A stretch of 64,000 nt of DNA from Chloroflexota bacterium (GCA_026710945.1 JAPOQA010000021.1:20070-84069), one strand, 5' to 3'; shown: positions 45,015 to 54,976, counted from the first letter of the stretch. The notes: generated by a model not told the origin, from the sequence alone. Numbers and translations: made by a program.

Positions 45015-46048
45015 TCCCTCTCCTTCTCCTGGCCCTCTTCCGGTTGATCGTCGGATTGGGGAGTAGTCGCGGTGCCCGTTAGCGTGAGAAAGACATCATC
45101 CAAGGTGGGACGATGCAGCGAAACGTTCTCCACCTCTATGTCGGCTTCTTCTAAGCGTTGCAGCACCTCTCTCAGCTCGTGGACGCCGTGTTGGCTGGCA
45201 ATGCTCAGCAAGCGCCGCTTGCTATCCAGGTGCAGGGCTTGGCCGTCCAGCGCTTGCTCAGCCCTTACGAAATCACTGGATGCGGCAATGGTGAGATCCA
45301 AGCGTGCGGCGCCGATGCGGGACTTTAGCTCGTCTGCCGTGCCGGCAGCAATCACACTGCCGTGATCAATGACAACGATCTGGTCTGCCAATTGGTCGGC
45401 TTCTTCCATATATTGCGTTGTCAGCAGGATGGTGACGTCGCTGGCCGAGAGGCGCTTGATCATCTCCCACAGTGACAAACGGCTTCTCGGATCAAGCCCG
45501 GTGGTGGGCTCATCCAAGAACAGCACTGGTGGGGATGCAATGAGGCTCATCGCCAAGTCGAGGCGGCGGCGCATTCCGCCGGAATAGGTCTTCACCGTGC
45601 GCCCGGCGGCATCGGTGAGTTCGAATAGCTCCAAAAGGTCGCGGGTACGCCGCTTCGTATCGGCAATGCTGAGGCGATAGAGCCTGCCCAGCATCAGCAA
45701 GTTCTCTTCCCCGGTGAGATACTCGTCCACCGCCGCGTACTGTCCGGTGAGCCCAATGCTCTTGCGCACCTGGCCCCCTTCCCGGGACACGTCGAAGCCG
45801 TTTACAAGCGCCTGGCCGCCATCGGGTGGCAGCAATGTGCTCAATATGCGAATGATTGTCGTCTTGCCGGCGCCGTTAGGACCAAGTAACGCCAGAATGC
45901 TCCCACGTGCGACCGTGAGGTCGATTCCCTTGAGCACTTCTAAGTCTTTGAAGGACTTGCGTAATCCGGCGACCACAATTGCATTATCTTCAATTTCATT
46001 TTCATTTGCATCCATCTCAGCCGATGCGGACAAGGTCTCTGTCATCAA
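45011..46048 (-). CDS. ABC transporter ATP-binding protein (DrrA-like)
   Basis: Walker A GPNGAGKTT, signature YSGGMRRRL, Walker B VLFLDEPTTGLD, plus a C-terminal extension typical of DrrA-type ATPases. Confidence 0.9.
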   Translation of the reverse strand: MMTETLSASAEMDANENEIEDNAIVVAGLRKSFKDLEVLKGIDLTVARGSILALLGPNGAGKTTIIRILSTLLPPDGGQALVNGFDVSREGGQVRKSIGLTGQYAAVDEYLTGEENLLMLGRLYRLSIADTKRRTRDLLELFELTDAAGRTVKTYSGGMRRRLDLAMSLIASPPVLFLDEPTTGLDPRSRLSLWEMIKRLSASDVTILLTTQYMEEADQLADQIVVIDHGSVIAAGTADELKSRIGAARLDLTIAASSDFVRAEQALDGQALHLDSKRRLLSIASQHGVHELREVLQRLEEADIEVENVSLHRPTLDDVFLTLTGTATTPQSDDQPEEGQEKERE

Positions 46049-46272
46049 GATTCCCTTAGTGCGATAAATGCTAATTCACTGGTTTACGTGTTGATTCCAA
46101 TTCGACTCAGCCAGCCAAACGCAACGGCCGCGAGGAAGCCCTACTGTTGGCTCAAAATTCTTTCACACCCCAGCGCGGGAGATTCTGGATCGAGGCCCAA
46201 TCAATCGTTGCAGGTTGCTCTTGCTCGCAATCCAAAGTGTCAACGTGCATGCTACGCTCTGCCGGCGCCGGC

Positions 46273-46812
46273 TTAGCCGTATTTGAAGGTCTTGTTCTGC
46301 GCAGTCTTCTTGAGAAAGAAATCCAGACGCTTCTTGAATTCCGCGGGTCGGTTGCGTGCGCTCTCGATGAACGCTACGCGGATACTTTGATAGTCTTCCG
46401 GGAAATCCTGAAAGTGCTGCCAGGTTTGCGGGTCCGCTCTTAGCGCAGACTCGATGTCCGGCGCGATCACAAATGGTTCATCCAAATCAACGCCCTGAGC
46501 GGCCTCTAGTCCTGCCGGAGTCATCTTGCCTTGAGCGATAAGGTTGCGCAGGCGCGCTTTGTTCGATTCCGACCAATTGCTGCTCGGCTTGCGCGGCGAA
46601 AACCGCTGTGCAAAGCGCTCCTCATCGATGCCCTTCTGCTGGCTGTCTATCCAGCCAAAGCAGAGGGCTTCCTCAACGGCATCATTGTATGCAACACGGG
46701 GTTTGCCTGTGGCTTTGCGGTAATAGACCAGCCAAATCTCCTTGGCGTGGGCGTGGTGCTCGTGGAGCCATGCCCGCCATTCTTGCCTATCCTTGGCGTA
46801 ATACGTATCCAT
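46273..46812 (-). CDS. YdeI/OmpD-associated family protein
   Basis: ...EWRAWLHEHHAHAKEIWLVYYRK...AVEEALCFGWIDS...RFSPRKPSSNWS..NK... matches YdeI/DUF1801-type proteins. The start is set at MDTYYAKD. Confidence 0.75.
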   Translation of the reverse strand: MDTYYAKDRQEWRAWLHEHHAHAKEIWLVYYRKATGKPRVAYNDAVEEALCFGWIDSQQKGIDEERFAQRFSPRKPSSNWSESNKARLRNLIAQGKMTPAGLEAAQGVDLDEPFVIAPDIESALRADPQTWQHFQDFPEDYQSIRVAFIESARNRPAEFKKRLDFFLKKTAQNKTFKYG

Positions 46813-47138
46813 ATACTCAGATTCTCTGTGAGGAATGTCGTCTACATGAGGAGCTCTGGCGAACGAAAGAGCGATGTAGGCTGCACACTGTTCAAAGAGC
46901 GGGGGCAAGCCCCCGCGCTACGCACAGCTCCAGTTCTCAGATAACGTGTCTCACAAAGTGATCGGTACACCTAGTGAGATATTCTTTGGAAGTCGAGTAG
47001 TTGAGTTCTCATTAAATAATAGCATGTGGGAGCTTGTGAGGGGCAGAATGCCAGAGCATTCTTCTGACATGCATCGCCGGTACATGAACGAGTCGACGTG
47101 TGCTGAGCGCGCAGCACGCAGCGTCCCTCGAATGCGCC

Positions 47139-47636
47139 CTACTCCACGTCGTCTGTTGGTGGTTCCGGAGCGGGTTCGATCAGAGCAAGCGGCTGGCCGT
47201 ATTCAACCGGTTGCCGGGATTCCACGAGAAAGCGCTCGAGAGTACCGGCAAAGGGTGCGTGGACTTCATTGAGCACGTTAAGGACCTCGATGTAGCCGAG
47301 CAACTGTCCTTCCTCTATCTCAGCGCCCTCGTCGATGACGGGTAGTTGCTCCTGTCGCCGGCTGCGGGAAAACACTCCTACCCTCCCCGCGTGCACGACG
47401 TGCAATTGCGGCTCTGCTTCTTCCACTTCGGGCGGAGGAGACGACGAGACGACCGACATCATGTGGGGGGTGCGCTTGATTGCCACGCGAATGCCGTCAT
47501 GCTCAAGCGATAGTTCTTCTACGTCAGAATCGCTGATGAGTTCGAGCAACGGCTTCAAACGCTCGTGAATTACCCGGGAGAGGGGAGTTGTCTCACGGGA
47601 AGATGGCAGCTCAGTCTGTTCGCCTTGACCGCTCAC
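47139..47636 (-). CDS. Biotin carboxyl carrier protein (BCCP) homologue lacking the biotinyl-lysine
   Basis: The BCCP-like N-terminal (LLELISDSDVEELSLEHDGIRVAIKR) and C-terminal barrel (GRVGVF...GAEIEEGQLLGYIEVLNVLNEV...LVESRQPVEYGQPLALIE) are both present. The canonical EAMKMMN motif reads EVLNVLN. The GTG start overlaps the efp stop (GTGA). Confidence 0.75.
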   Translation of the reverse strand: MSGQGEQTELPSSRETTPLSRVIHERLKPLLELISDSDVEELSLEHDGIRVAIKRTPHMMSVVSSSPPPEVEEAEPQLHVVHAGRVGVFSRSRRQEQLPVIDEGAEIEEGQLLGYIEVLNVLNEVHAPFAGTLERFLVESRQPVEYGQPLALIEPAPEPPTDDVE

Positions 47637-48199
47637 GATGAACGCACCCGCTCGATATAGCTGCTCGTTCGAGTATCCACACGAATAGTCTCTCCCACGT
47701 TGACGAAGAGCGGAACATTGACGACCAGCCCTGTTTCGACCGTAGCGGGCTTGGTGCCACCCGCGGCCGTGTCGCCCTTAAAGCCGGGCGCAGTGTCCGC
47801 GACATCAAGTTCTACGGATGGAGGCAGTGTGGCGTCTAATACTCGTTCGCCATGCATTTCAAGCTCGATGGAAGCGCCATCCTTGAGGAAGTTTTCGGCA
47901 TTGCCAAGCAGAGCGCCGTCCACAAGGATTTCGTCGTACGATTCCGTATCCATGAAGTGAAAGACGTCGCCGTCGCGATAGAGGAATTGGGCCGGGCGTT
48001 GCTCAAGACGGATTCGGCGAAAGCGGGCGCCGGCATCGCAGGTGCGGTCAATGATGTGGCCTTCTTGCACGTGCCGCAGCTTAAGCCGCACCACCGCGCC
48101 GCCGCGGCCCATCTTGATGTGCTTCACGTCCTCCAAGCGATAAATCGTGTCTTCATACTCGATTACGACGCCACGTCGTAGGTTGCCAGTTTCGATCAA
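47633..48199 (-). CDS. efp: Translation elongation factor P
   Basis: 188 aa with the three-domain EF-P pattern (...LKLRHV..., ...GDTAAGGTKPATVETG..VNVPLFV..G..I.VDTR...Y..R). The loop tip reads KMGRGGA. Confidence 0.92.
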   Translation of the reverse strand: MIETGNLRRGVVIEYEDTIYRLEDVKHIKMGRGGAVVRLKLRHVQEGHIIDRTCDAGARFRRIRLEQRPAQFLYRDGDVFHFMDTESYDEILVDGALLGNAENFLKDGASIELEMHGERVLDATLPPSVELDVADTAPGFKGDTAAGGTKPATVETGLVVNVPLFVNVGETIRVDTRTSSYIERVRSS

Positions 48200-48226
48200 C
48201 GCGTAATGCCTCCTGCAATTTCACTT

Positions 48227-49318
48227 TTACGAAAAGGTCATCTTTGGCGATCCGGTGAGTGTCTCTGCGCCGTCCTTGCGGAGCAAGACCAGGTCTTCAA
48301 TGCGCACACCGCCCACGCCGGGCAGGTAAATGCCGGGTTCGATAGAGACAACTGCGCCCTCAGGCAGAGGCGTATCGCCAGCCAGGGGCGAAAGGCGGGG
48401 AGCCTCATGAATTTCCAGACCTACCCCATGGCCCAAACCATGGCCGAAGTGGTCGCCGTGTCCCGCGCCCACAATAATTTCGCGAGCCAAGGCATCGGCC
48501 TCTACGCCGGTCATGCCCGCGCGCACGTGCGCCGCCGCCTGCTCTTGTGCTTTGAAGACAATTCTGTAAATTGCTTGCATCTCGGGAGAGGGAGTGCCGA
48601 GTACCACAGTGCGGGTCATGTCGGAGCAGTACCCATCGGCAACGCAACCAAAGTCCATAACAACGAACGTGTCTCGGGGGATAACGTCGTTTCCCGGCCT
48701 GTGGTGCGGCATCGCGCCGTTCGGGCCGGCCGCGACGATAGAGGGGAAAGAGAGTCCCTCGGCGCCGGCCTCCCGCATCAGTATCTCCAAGCGCCACGCT
48801 ACGTCCTGCTCGGTAACACCGGGATGCAGCCACGTGAGAAGCTCAGCGAGGGCCTCATCGGCAATAGTTATGGCACGCTGGAGCGCGGCAACCTCGTCCG
48901 GCTCCTTGGAAACGCGAAGTTTCTCAATTGATCCTTGATACCCTATGAGTTCGACTTCACCGGCAAACGCCTCTCGATATGCATCATGTGTGGCAACACT
49001 GACGTGCTCCGATTCGAAGGCTAACCGCCCAATGCCGTGTTGCTTGCTGAGGTCCATAAGCAGGGGAGCAATCTGCCCCGACTGCGGCGCCACCGTAAAG
49101 TCCTGGGCCTGTTTTCCCGCCTGTTCGGTGTAGCGGGAATCTGTGATCAAGAGAGCATCGGTAGCGCTAATCAGCAGCCAACCGGAAGAACCGGTGAATC
49201 CGGAGACGTAGCGACGGTTGTAGTCGTTGCTTACGAGGAGCGCGTCCGTCTCAGACTCTGAGAGCCAATCGCGGACTCTCTGCAGGCGCTTTGCGGTTGA
49301 AGATGGCGGTGAATTCAT
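48227..49318 (-). CDS. pepP: Xaa-Pro aminopeptidase (M24B)
   Basis: DFGCVADGYCSDMTRT, HGLGHGVGLEIHE and SIEPGIY...GGVRIED are the M24B metal-ligand motifs. Confidence 0.88.
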   Translation of the reverse strand: MNSPPSSTAKRLQRVRDWLSESETDALLVSNDYNRRYVSGFTGSSGWLLISATDALLITDSRYTEQAGKQAQDFTVAPQSGQIAPLLMDLSKQHGIGRLAFESEHVSVATHDAYREAFAGEVELIGYQGSIEKLRVSKEPDEVAALQRAITIADEALAELLTWLHPGVTEQDVAWRLEILMREAGAEGLSFPSIVAAGPNGAMPHHRPGNDVIPRDTFVVMDFGCVADGYCSDMTRTVVLGTPSPEMQAIYRIVFKAQEQAAAHVRAGMTGVEADALAREIIVGAGHGDHFGHGLGHGVGLEIHEAPRLSPLAGDTPLPEGAVVSIEPGIYLPGVGGVRIEDLVLLRKDGAETLTGSPKMTFS

Positions 49319-49391
49319 CGTTCCAACGTTTGCGATAGCTGACGAAACCGTATCTTTTCAATTGTAGCACGCAATCCGGCCCAGAGTTCTG

Positions 49392-50120
49392 CTATGGCTG
49401 AGGTATGGTGATGATTGCACTGAGGCCAATCAGCCAGCGGGCAATCTGGCCGGTCACGTTCACCTCCACCCAAGCGGCAATCACGATAAGAGGGATTACG
49501 AGGAAGACATACCCTTTGATGACGTTGATCGCGGCCCAGGCAACACTCTCAAAGAAGCTGAGGGAAGGCACCGGTCGCAAAAAGGACCACGCGAGGCGCA
49601 AAGAGAGGGCACTGCCGATCATGATTGCAGGTATTTCGAACACACCATGAGGCAGCACGAGCACGAGCCCAATGAGCAACTGGAATGGACCGGCAAAGTC
49701 CACTTGCACAGCCAACATGCCCAGGAGCACACCGGGCAGTGTGACGACGATCAGCGGGTAGAGCCCGAACGTGAGCGTGGCAAGTATAGGACTGAGAAGC
49801 AAAATGCGCAGGTTGTTGCCGAGAATTGCTGCGGTGGAAATAGATTCGATGTCACCGAGACGCTCGACTTGCTCGGCATAGACGCGTAGAAGGGACTCAG
49901 TCGCAAGAGGGTACAGCTGCCCCAGAGCAGCTCCGGCAACGATGCCGACAAAGAAAAAACCGGCGGTGAAAAGCATCAACCACCGGTTGTATTCTAATAG
50001 GGCTGGGATATCTTGCGCGTAGACACGAATCAGAGTGAACCGGCTATTCGCGTCACGGGGGGCGCCGTGTGAGTCACAGACGGCAGTCCCCAGCCAGCGA
50101 AGCCGCTGCCGCTTGAGCAC
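49392..50120 (-). CDS. SpoIIM/DUF95-family membrane protein
   Basis: ...NNLRILLLS..., ...LPHGVFEIPAIMIGSALSL... are DUF95 hallmarks. The GTG start lies 6 nt after the tatA stop. The exact start is uncertain. Confidence 0.7.
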   Translation of the reverse strand: MLKRQRLRWLGTAVCDSHGAPRDANSRFTLIRVYAQDIPALLEYNRWLMLFTAGFFFVGIVAGAALGQLYPLATESLLRVYAEQVERLGDIESISTAAILGNNLRILLLSPILATLTFGLYPLIVVTLPGVLLGMLAVQVDFAGPFQLLIGLVLVLPHGVFEIPAIMIGSALSLRLAWSFLRPVPSLSFFESVAWAAINVIKGYVFLVIPLIVIAAWVEVNVTGQIARWLIGLSAIITIPQP

Positions 50121-50126
50121 AATGTG

Positions 50127-50396
50127 CTAGCTTTTCTTGGATTCGCCCTCGCTGCTCGCAGCCTGGTCCGAATCCTCCTTCTTCTCGTCATCTTCCTTCT
50201 TTGATTCCGCAGAATCAGTAGCCTTCTTTTCGTCATCAGATTCGCTGGGTTCGTCCTCTTCCTTCATCGCCGTGCGGAATTCGCGGATGCTGTTGCCGAG
50301 CGAACCGCCGAGACCTGCGATCCGGCTTCCCCCGAAGAGGATGACGATAATCACAAGGATTATGAGGAGCTCTGTCCACCCAAATGTCCCAAGCAT
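50127..50396 (-). CDS. tatA: Twin-arginine translocase subunit TatA/E
   Basis: MLGTFGWTELLIILVIIVILFGGSRIAGLGGSLGNSIREFR: TM helix, hinge Gly and amphipathic helix, followed by an acidic/Lys-rich tail. Confidence 0.88.
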   Translation of the reverse strand: MLGTFGWTELLIILVIIVILFGGSRIAGLGGSLGNSIREFRTAMKEEDEPSESDDEKKATDSAESKKEDDEKKEDSDQAASSEGESKKS

Positions 50397-50788
50397 TCCC
50401 GTTTACCCTTTCATGCCATTGGTCACTTATAGTCTGCACTCCATAATACGCGTCCAGCAACAGAGAATCAAATTCGCGAGTAGACATCCAGGGGGGATGC
50501 GTTTCCCGATTAGATACGGCGGACGCCCGTATGAAATGTGCAATACAGGACTTTCGATGAGCCAGTACCCGCTCTTGTCGATGATGCCCCTTGAGCGGCA
50601 CTGTGGTGAAGAAAGGACGTGCCTGCGGCACGAAATTCGTCTCGACCATGGCAAGTAAGAGGCCCGCGCCTGCGGTTGAAAGGCGGTTGTTTCTCGCATA
50701 GTGCTATGCTATCGTGAAGGTAACGCATGGTGCTGCGAAACTCTAGGAATAACCAGGTCGGATGCCACCCCAAATTAAGGCTTGACCC

Positions 50789-52036
50789 ATGAAGCGCAAG
50801 CATTTCCTAGCGATTGTCCTATCGTTCTCGCTGGTTGTGACGGTTGGCTCAGGGGCCTTTGCCGCTGGCTTTGCGGCAGGGGGCAAAGGGGGGCCATTGC
50901 AGCCATTGGCCGCAGTCCTTTCTGGTGTCCTCCCCGGCGTCTTGCCTGCTTCGCCGCCAGTCGGGCAGGACGAACAGTGGGAACTCTTCTTACAGGTCTG
51001 GGAGATTGTATCGCAAGAGTTCTATAAGCAGCCGATAGACCAGGATGCCATGATGCGCGGAGCTATTCGCGGCATGTTGGACACTCTTGGCGATCCCCAC
51101 ACGACGCTGCTTGATCCCTCCGTAAGCCAGCGCGCACGGGAGCAAACCCGACAAAAGTTCCAGGGCATCGGCGCGCGGATCGATGAACGAGACGGCCAGA
51201 TTTTGATTCATTCGGTATTCAATGATTCACCCGCACAGAACGCCGGCCTAAAGTCCGGAGACATAATCGTGGCAGTGGATGGAACCCTAATAGAGGGCGA
51301 CACGGTGGAACACACGGCGCTGCGCATTCGCGGCCAAGCCGGAACTGATGTCGTGCTCACGATTAAGCGTGGAGATGACGAGCCGTTTGATGTGACAATC
51401 ACCCGTGCTGAAGTGGTAATTCCTTCGCTAACGACGGAAACGCTGTCAGGAAACGTGGGCTACATTCGGCTGTGGAGCTTTGGCGCCCTCACGGCTGACG
51501 AACTGCACACGACCTTGGAATCACTGATCGATGACGAGGCGCCCGGCCTGATCCTTGATCTGCGCGACAATCCCGGTGGCCTGCTGGGTACGGCAATACG
51601 CGTGACGAGCGAATTCTTGGACCGCGGCACAGTGGTCCTCTATGAAGAGCAAGCGCAGCAGCAACGCCCGTATCGGGTGCGCAGCAGCGGTGTGGCTCGC
51701 AACATTCCCCTTGTAGTATTGGTAAACGAGCGCAGCGCGAGCGCATCGGAAATCGTTGCCGGCGCCTTGTCCCATTACGGCCGGGCAGTAATCATTGGGG
51801 AGCGAACGTATGGCAAGGGTACGGTGCAGCTTCCCCACGACCTGAGCGATGGCTCCCAACTTCGTGTAACGATCGCGCGTTGGCTTACACCGGGAAGGGA
51901 GTCTATCTCCGAAGTTGGGATTGCTCCTGACATTGAAATTGAAGCCGATATTATGGATTCCCTCGAAGAGGATGCGGCGGTACAGCGTGCCCTGAAAGAG
52001 CTTGCGCAGATCGCTTCTTTACCCAACGTTGCCTAA
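50789..52036 (+). CDS. ctp: S41 carboxy-terminal processing peptidase
   Basis: A signal or TM segment, a PDZ segment (GLKSGDIIVAVDG), LILDLRDNPGGLL, VLVNERSASASEIVAGAL and GERTYGKGTVQ (Ser/Lys dyad context). Confidence 0.88.
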   Translation: MKRKHFLAIVLSFSLVVTVGSGAFAAGFAAGGKGGPLQPLAAVLSGVLPGVLPASPPVGQDEQWELFLQVWEIVSQEFYKQPIDQDAMMRGAIRGMLDTLGDPHTTLLDPSVSQRAREQTRQKFQGIGARIDERDGQILIHSVFNDSPAQNAGLKSGDIIVAVDGTLIEGDTVEHTALRIRGQAGTDVVLTIKRGDDEPFDVTITRAEVVIPSLTTETLSGNVGYIRLWSFGALTADELHTTLESLIDDEAPGLILDLRDNPGGLLGTAIRVTSEFLDRGTVVLYEEQAQQQRPYRVRSSGVARNIPLVVLVNERSASASEIVAGALSHYGRAVIIGERTYGKGTVQLPHDLSDGSQLRVTIARWLTPGRESISEVGIAPDIEIEADIMDSLEEDAAVQRALKELAQIASLPNVA

Positions 52037-52039
52037 CGG

Positions 52040-53332
52040 GTGCAATCAATGAAAGAGCAGGCTTTGCGTAGGCGCACCCTGCCCAATGGGCTGCGGGTGG
52101 TTGTATTGCCGATGCCCCATACCCGTGCCGCAACCGTCAGCCTCTTCTGTGGGGCCGGGTCTCGCTACGAACCTTACGACCTCATGGGGCTCTCCCACTT
52201 CCTGGAGCACATGCTATTTAAAGGCACTTTGCGGCGGCCTGATCCCCAGGAGATAGCGGAAGCAATCGAACGCACCGGCGGTCTCCTGAACGCGAGCACC
52301 GGTCGGGAGGCAACGGTCTTTTGGGCGAAAGTGGCGTCTCAGCATCTTCCGATTGCGTTCGATATTCTCGCCGATATTGCCCTTAACCCCGCGCTGAATC
52401 CCGATGACGTCGAGCGCGAGCGTGGTGTAATTCTTGAAGAGCTTGAGCTCTACCAAGACACGCCAACCGACTGGGTGCACGTGCTCATGTCGCGTCTGTT
52501 GTGGCCGGGGCATCCGCTCGGAGAAGATATAGGCGGTCGTCCAGAGTCCATCATGAACATCACCCGAGACGATCTGTCCAAGCATGTGGAAGACTTCTAC
52601 CGCGCCAACAATATGGTGCTTGTGGTTGCGGGAGGTGTGGATGCCGATGATGCCTTTGCGCATGCGGAACAGGCATTTGGCGGTCTGCGCAAAGGAACCG
52701 GCCCCGCTTGGCTGCCTGCCGTCGCGACGCAACCCGTCGATCGCGTTATCACGCAAGCTGAGGACCATAGCCACGTGCAGCTCTGTATTGGCGGTAAAGG
52801 TCTCTCTCACGCTGACCCCGATCGCCATGCTCTGGAACTCCTAAACGCTGCGTTGGGAGATGGTTTGAGTTCACGCTTGGCGGTGGAAGTACGCGAACGG
52901 CTTGGACTGGCGTACGACATTTTTACGTACGCAGAGCAGTACTTCGACACGGGCGCATTCGTCATTACCGCCGGGGTAGATGATGGGCACTTGGGGAGCG
53001 CCCTGGCTGCCATTTGGGAGCAGGTGGATCGTATTCGGCAAGAGAAACTCCCGGCAGAGGAAATGGATAAGGTGCGCGAATTCACCAAGGGCCGGTTGCT
53101 GCTGAGCATGGAAGATAGCTGGAACGTTGCAAGCTGGTACGGCAGCCAAGAGGTGCTGATGCACACGACGATTACGTTGGACGAAATGCTCGCTATCATC
53201 GATGCCATTACGGCGGATGATGTCTTGCGTGTGGCGCAACGCATCTTCATTCCCGGTTGGGCTCACGTGGCGCTGGTAGGGCCGGGGCTTGATCGCGCAG
53301 CCATGGAAGACCTCGTGAGCTTGTGGAATTAG
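52040..53332 (+). CDS. M16-family (pitrilysin/insulinase-like) zinc peptidase
   Basis: HFLEHMLFKGT inverted zinc motif (HxxEH), a downstream E ligand region, and two M16 halves. The start is either GTG 52040 or ATG 52049. Confidence 0.85.
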   Translation: MQSMKEQALRRRTLPNGLRVVVLPMPHTRAATVSLFCGAGSRYEPYDLMGLSHFLEHMLFKGTLRRPDPQEIAEAIERTGGLLNASTGREATVFWAKVASQHLPIAFDILADIALNPALNPDDVERERGVILEELELYQDTPTDWVHVLMSRLLWPGHPLGEDIGGRPESIMNITRDDLSKHVEDFYRANNMVLVVAGGVDADDAFAHAEQAFGGLRKGTGPAWLPAVATQPVDRVITQAEDHSHVQLCIGGKGLSHADPDRHALELLNAALGDGLSSRLAVEVRERLGLAYDIFTYAEQYFDTGAFVITAGVDDGHLGSALAAIWEQVDRIRQEKLPAEEMDKVREFTKGRLLLSMEDSWNVASWYGSQEVLMHTTITLDEMLAIIDAITADDVLRVAQRIFIPGWAHVALVGPGLDRAAMEDLVSLWN

Positions 53333-53576
53333 GTCGTGGCTTCAGTGGGCAGCCGGCAGTTACAGGCGCGGGGAGAGCAACCGAAATGGCGCAGCGGAGT
53401 GTATCCTAAGATGTGATGGACCTGCTAACCGAGATGCCCGTGCCGCAGTCCGTAGGTGCGTGAATTCTGGGATCCCAGAGAATCCGGTGAGCAAGGCTGA
53501 CGAGATCGGGCGATCGGCACTGTGACACTGTTGGCCGGTGGTAAGCTCGCACCACTGCTGAGGAACATAGGAGCAC

Positions 53577-54809
53577 ATGAAACTAAGAGATTTCCTGCAA
53601 TGGGGAGAACAGGCGCTAGCGCTGAATCACTTTGCGCTTGCGGAAGAGATAGCCCGCTATTTGCTCAAGCAGTCCCCGAGTAACCTGGCGGCGCGAACCC
53701 TGCTCGGGCAAGTCTACTTAGAAACCGATCAGCCTGCGCAGGCGGAAGAGCAGTTGCTTCAGGCGCTTGACATTGACCCGGAGAGTGCCCCCATTCTCAT
53801 GAATTTCGCAGAAGTCTTGGAGTCTCTAGGGAGAGACAGCGAACGGCTCGTTGTGATCCGCCGCGCGTTTGAGAATGATCCCACCCGCACAGACGTGAAA
53901 CAACGCATGCTGGTCCTCGGGCGCGAGGGTCACGGCGATTCGAACGGAAACGGGCTCTTGACCCGGGCCGGCCTCGCGCGCATTCACCTGCGCAGCGGGC
54001 TGCTGGAGCATGCAATTGCGGAGTTTCGGCGTCTATTGGAAGAGACCGAGATTCACTGGAGTGCGCAAGTCGCCTTGATGGAAGCGCATTGGCTCAATGG
54101 GGACAGGCAGGCGGCCAGTAGACTCGCCGACGAGATCGTCCGTGAGCATCCAAACTGTCTAAAGGCGATCTTGTTGTCGGCTGACGTACGGGCGCACATG
54201 GGTCTCATCGATCAAGCGCGGCAACTCTTGGAGCGATCCCGCCAGATAGACCCGGATTTCGCGCTGGCGCGCGCACTCTACCCCGCAAATGGCCCTTCAC
54301 GCTTACCCTTGCCGAGCGACGATGCCGAAATTGAAGTGCCGATTGACTTCCTGCAACGAATCGAAGCAACGCTGGCTGCCAAGAAAGAATCGGAAGCGCC
54401 TGACGCACGCAAACGTGCAGCGGCCCGCCTAAGCGCGCGCGCCGCTGCAGAAGCGCAAGAAGGTCAAAAGCGAATCCTAGTAACGCCGGCCCAAAGCACC
54501 GAAACCGAGAAGGAAGAAACGGCAGTAGCGGAACCAGCGACGACGTCGGGGACTGCTCCTGACGATGGTGATCGCGGGGAGAGTTCTGAGACCTGGGAGA
54601 CTCTGCTGCACAGACTGGAGCGGGAAGGTGCCCAGATGGATGAGGCCACGCTCAGTGCTTTGGCACAAGAACTTGAGGCGATTGCGGCCTCCTCCCCCAA
54701 TAAGCTGCAGGCGTGGCAGCGGCTCGGGGACGTCTATCAGGGCATCGAACAGACCGACCGCGCCATGCGGGCCTACATGCGCGCGTTGGACAGTAGCCGA
54801 GTTCCGTAG
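53577..54809 (+). CDS. TPR-repeat protein
   Basis: Several 34-aa TPR-like units (e.g. ARTLLGQVYLETDQPAQAEEQLLQALDIDPES, and LGDVYQGIEQTDRAMRAYMRAL at the C-terminus) flank an acidic low-complexity linker. Confidence 0.7.
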   Translation: MKLRDFLQWGEQALALNHFALAEEIARYLLKQSPSNLAARTLLGQVYLETDQPAQAEEQLLQALDIDPESAPILMNFAEVLESLGRDSERLVVIRRAFENDPTRTDVKQRMLVLGREGHGDSNGNGLLTRAGLARIHLRSGLLEHAIAEFRRLLEETEIHWSAQVALMEAHWLNGDRQAASRLADEIVREHPNCLKAILLSADVRAHMGLIDQARQLLERSRQIDPDFALARALYPANGPSRLPLPSDDAEIEVPIDFLQRIEATLAAKKESEAPDARKRAAARLSARAAAEAQEGQKRILVTPAQSTETEKEETAVAEPATTSGTAPDDGDRGESSETWETLLHRLEREGAQMDEATLSALAQELEAIAASSPNKLQAWQRLGDVYQGIEQTDRAMRAYMRALDSSRVP

Positions 54810-54976
54810 CCATAGCGCGACTGTACTGATGTGGTGTTCTTCACACATGTGCGTGGCTTGATCCATACTCCCGCTGCACTGATTGCGATGCATGGCAGCA
54901 AGAGAGTTACACGCTAGCGCAGCGGTTGGACACCGACGCATCAAAATTTGCATCTCACAAGTCGGAGGTAGGTCAC

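Noticed and set aside
46946-47272. 108-aa plus-strand ORF in and overlapping the gap between ydeI and the BCCP-like gene.
   Set aside because: It overlaps the 3' end of the BCCP-like CDS in antisense, has an AT-richer atypical composition at its start and has no recognisable motif.
53440-53575. Cobalamin-riboswitch-like strings upstream of the TPR gene (AGAGAATCCGGTGAGCAAGGCTGACG..., CGGCACTGTGACACTGTTGGCCGGTGGTAAGC, reminiscent of GGGAA-GGTG-GAA and GCCACTG/B12-box regions).
   Set aside because: The segment after GGTGAG cannot form the conserved P4 stem (CCGG has no complementary CCGG partner). The element would be shorter than typical. The downstream gene, a TPR protein, has no link to cobalamin. 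An Infernal scan with RF00174 would settle it, and I expect no significant hit.
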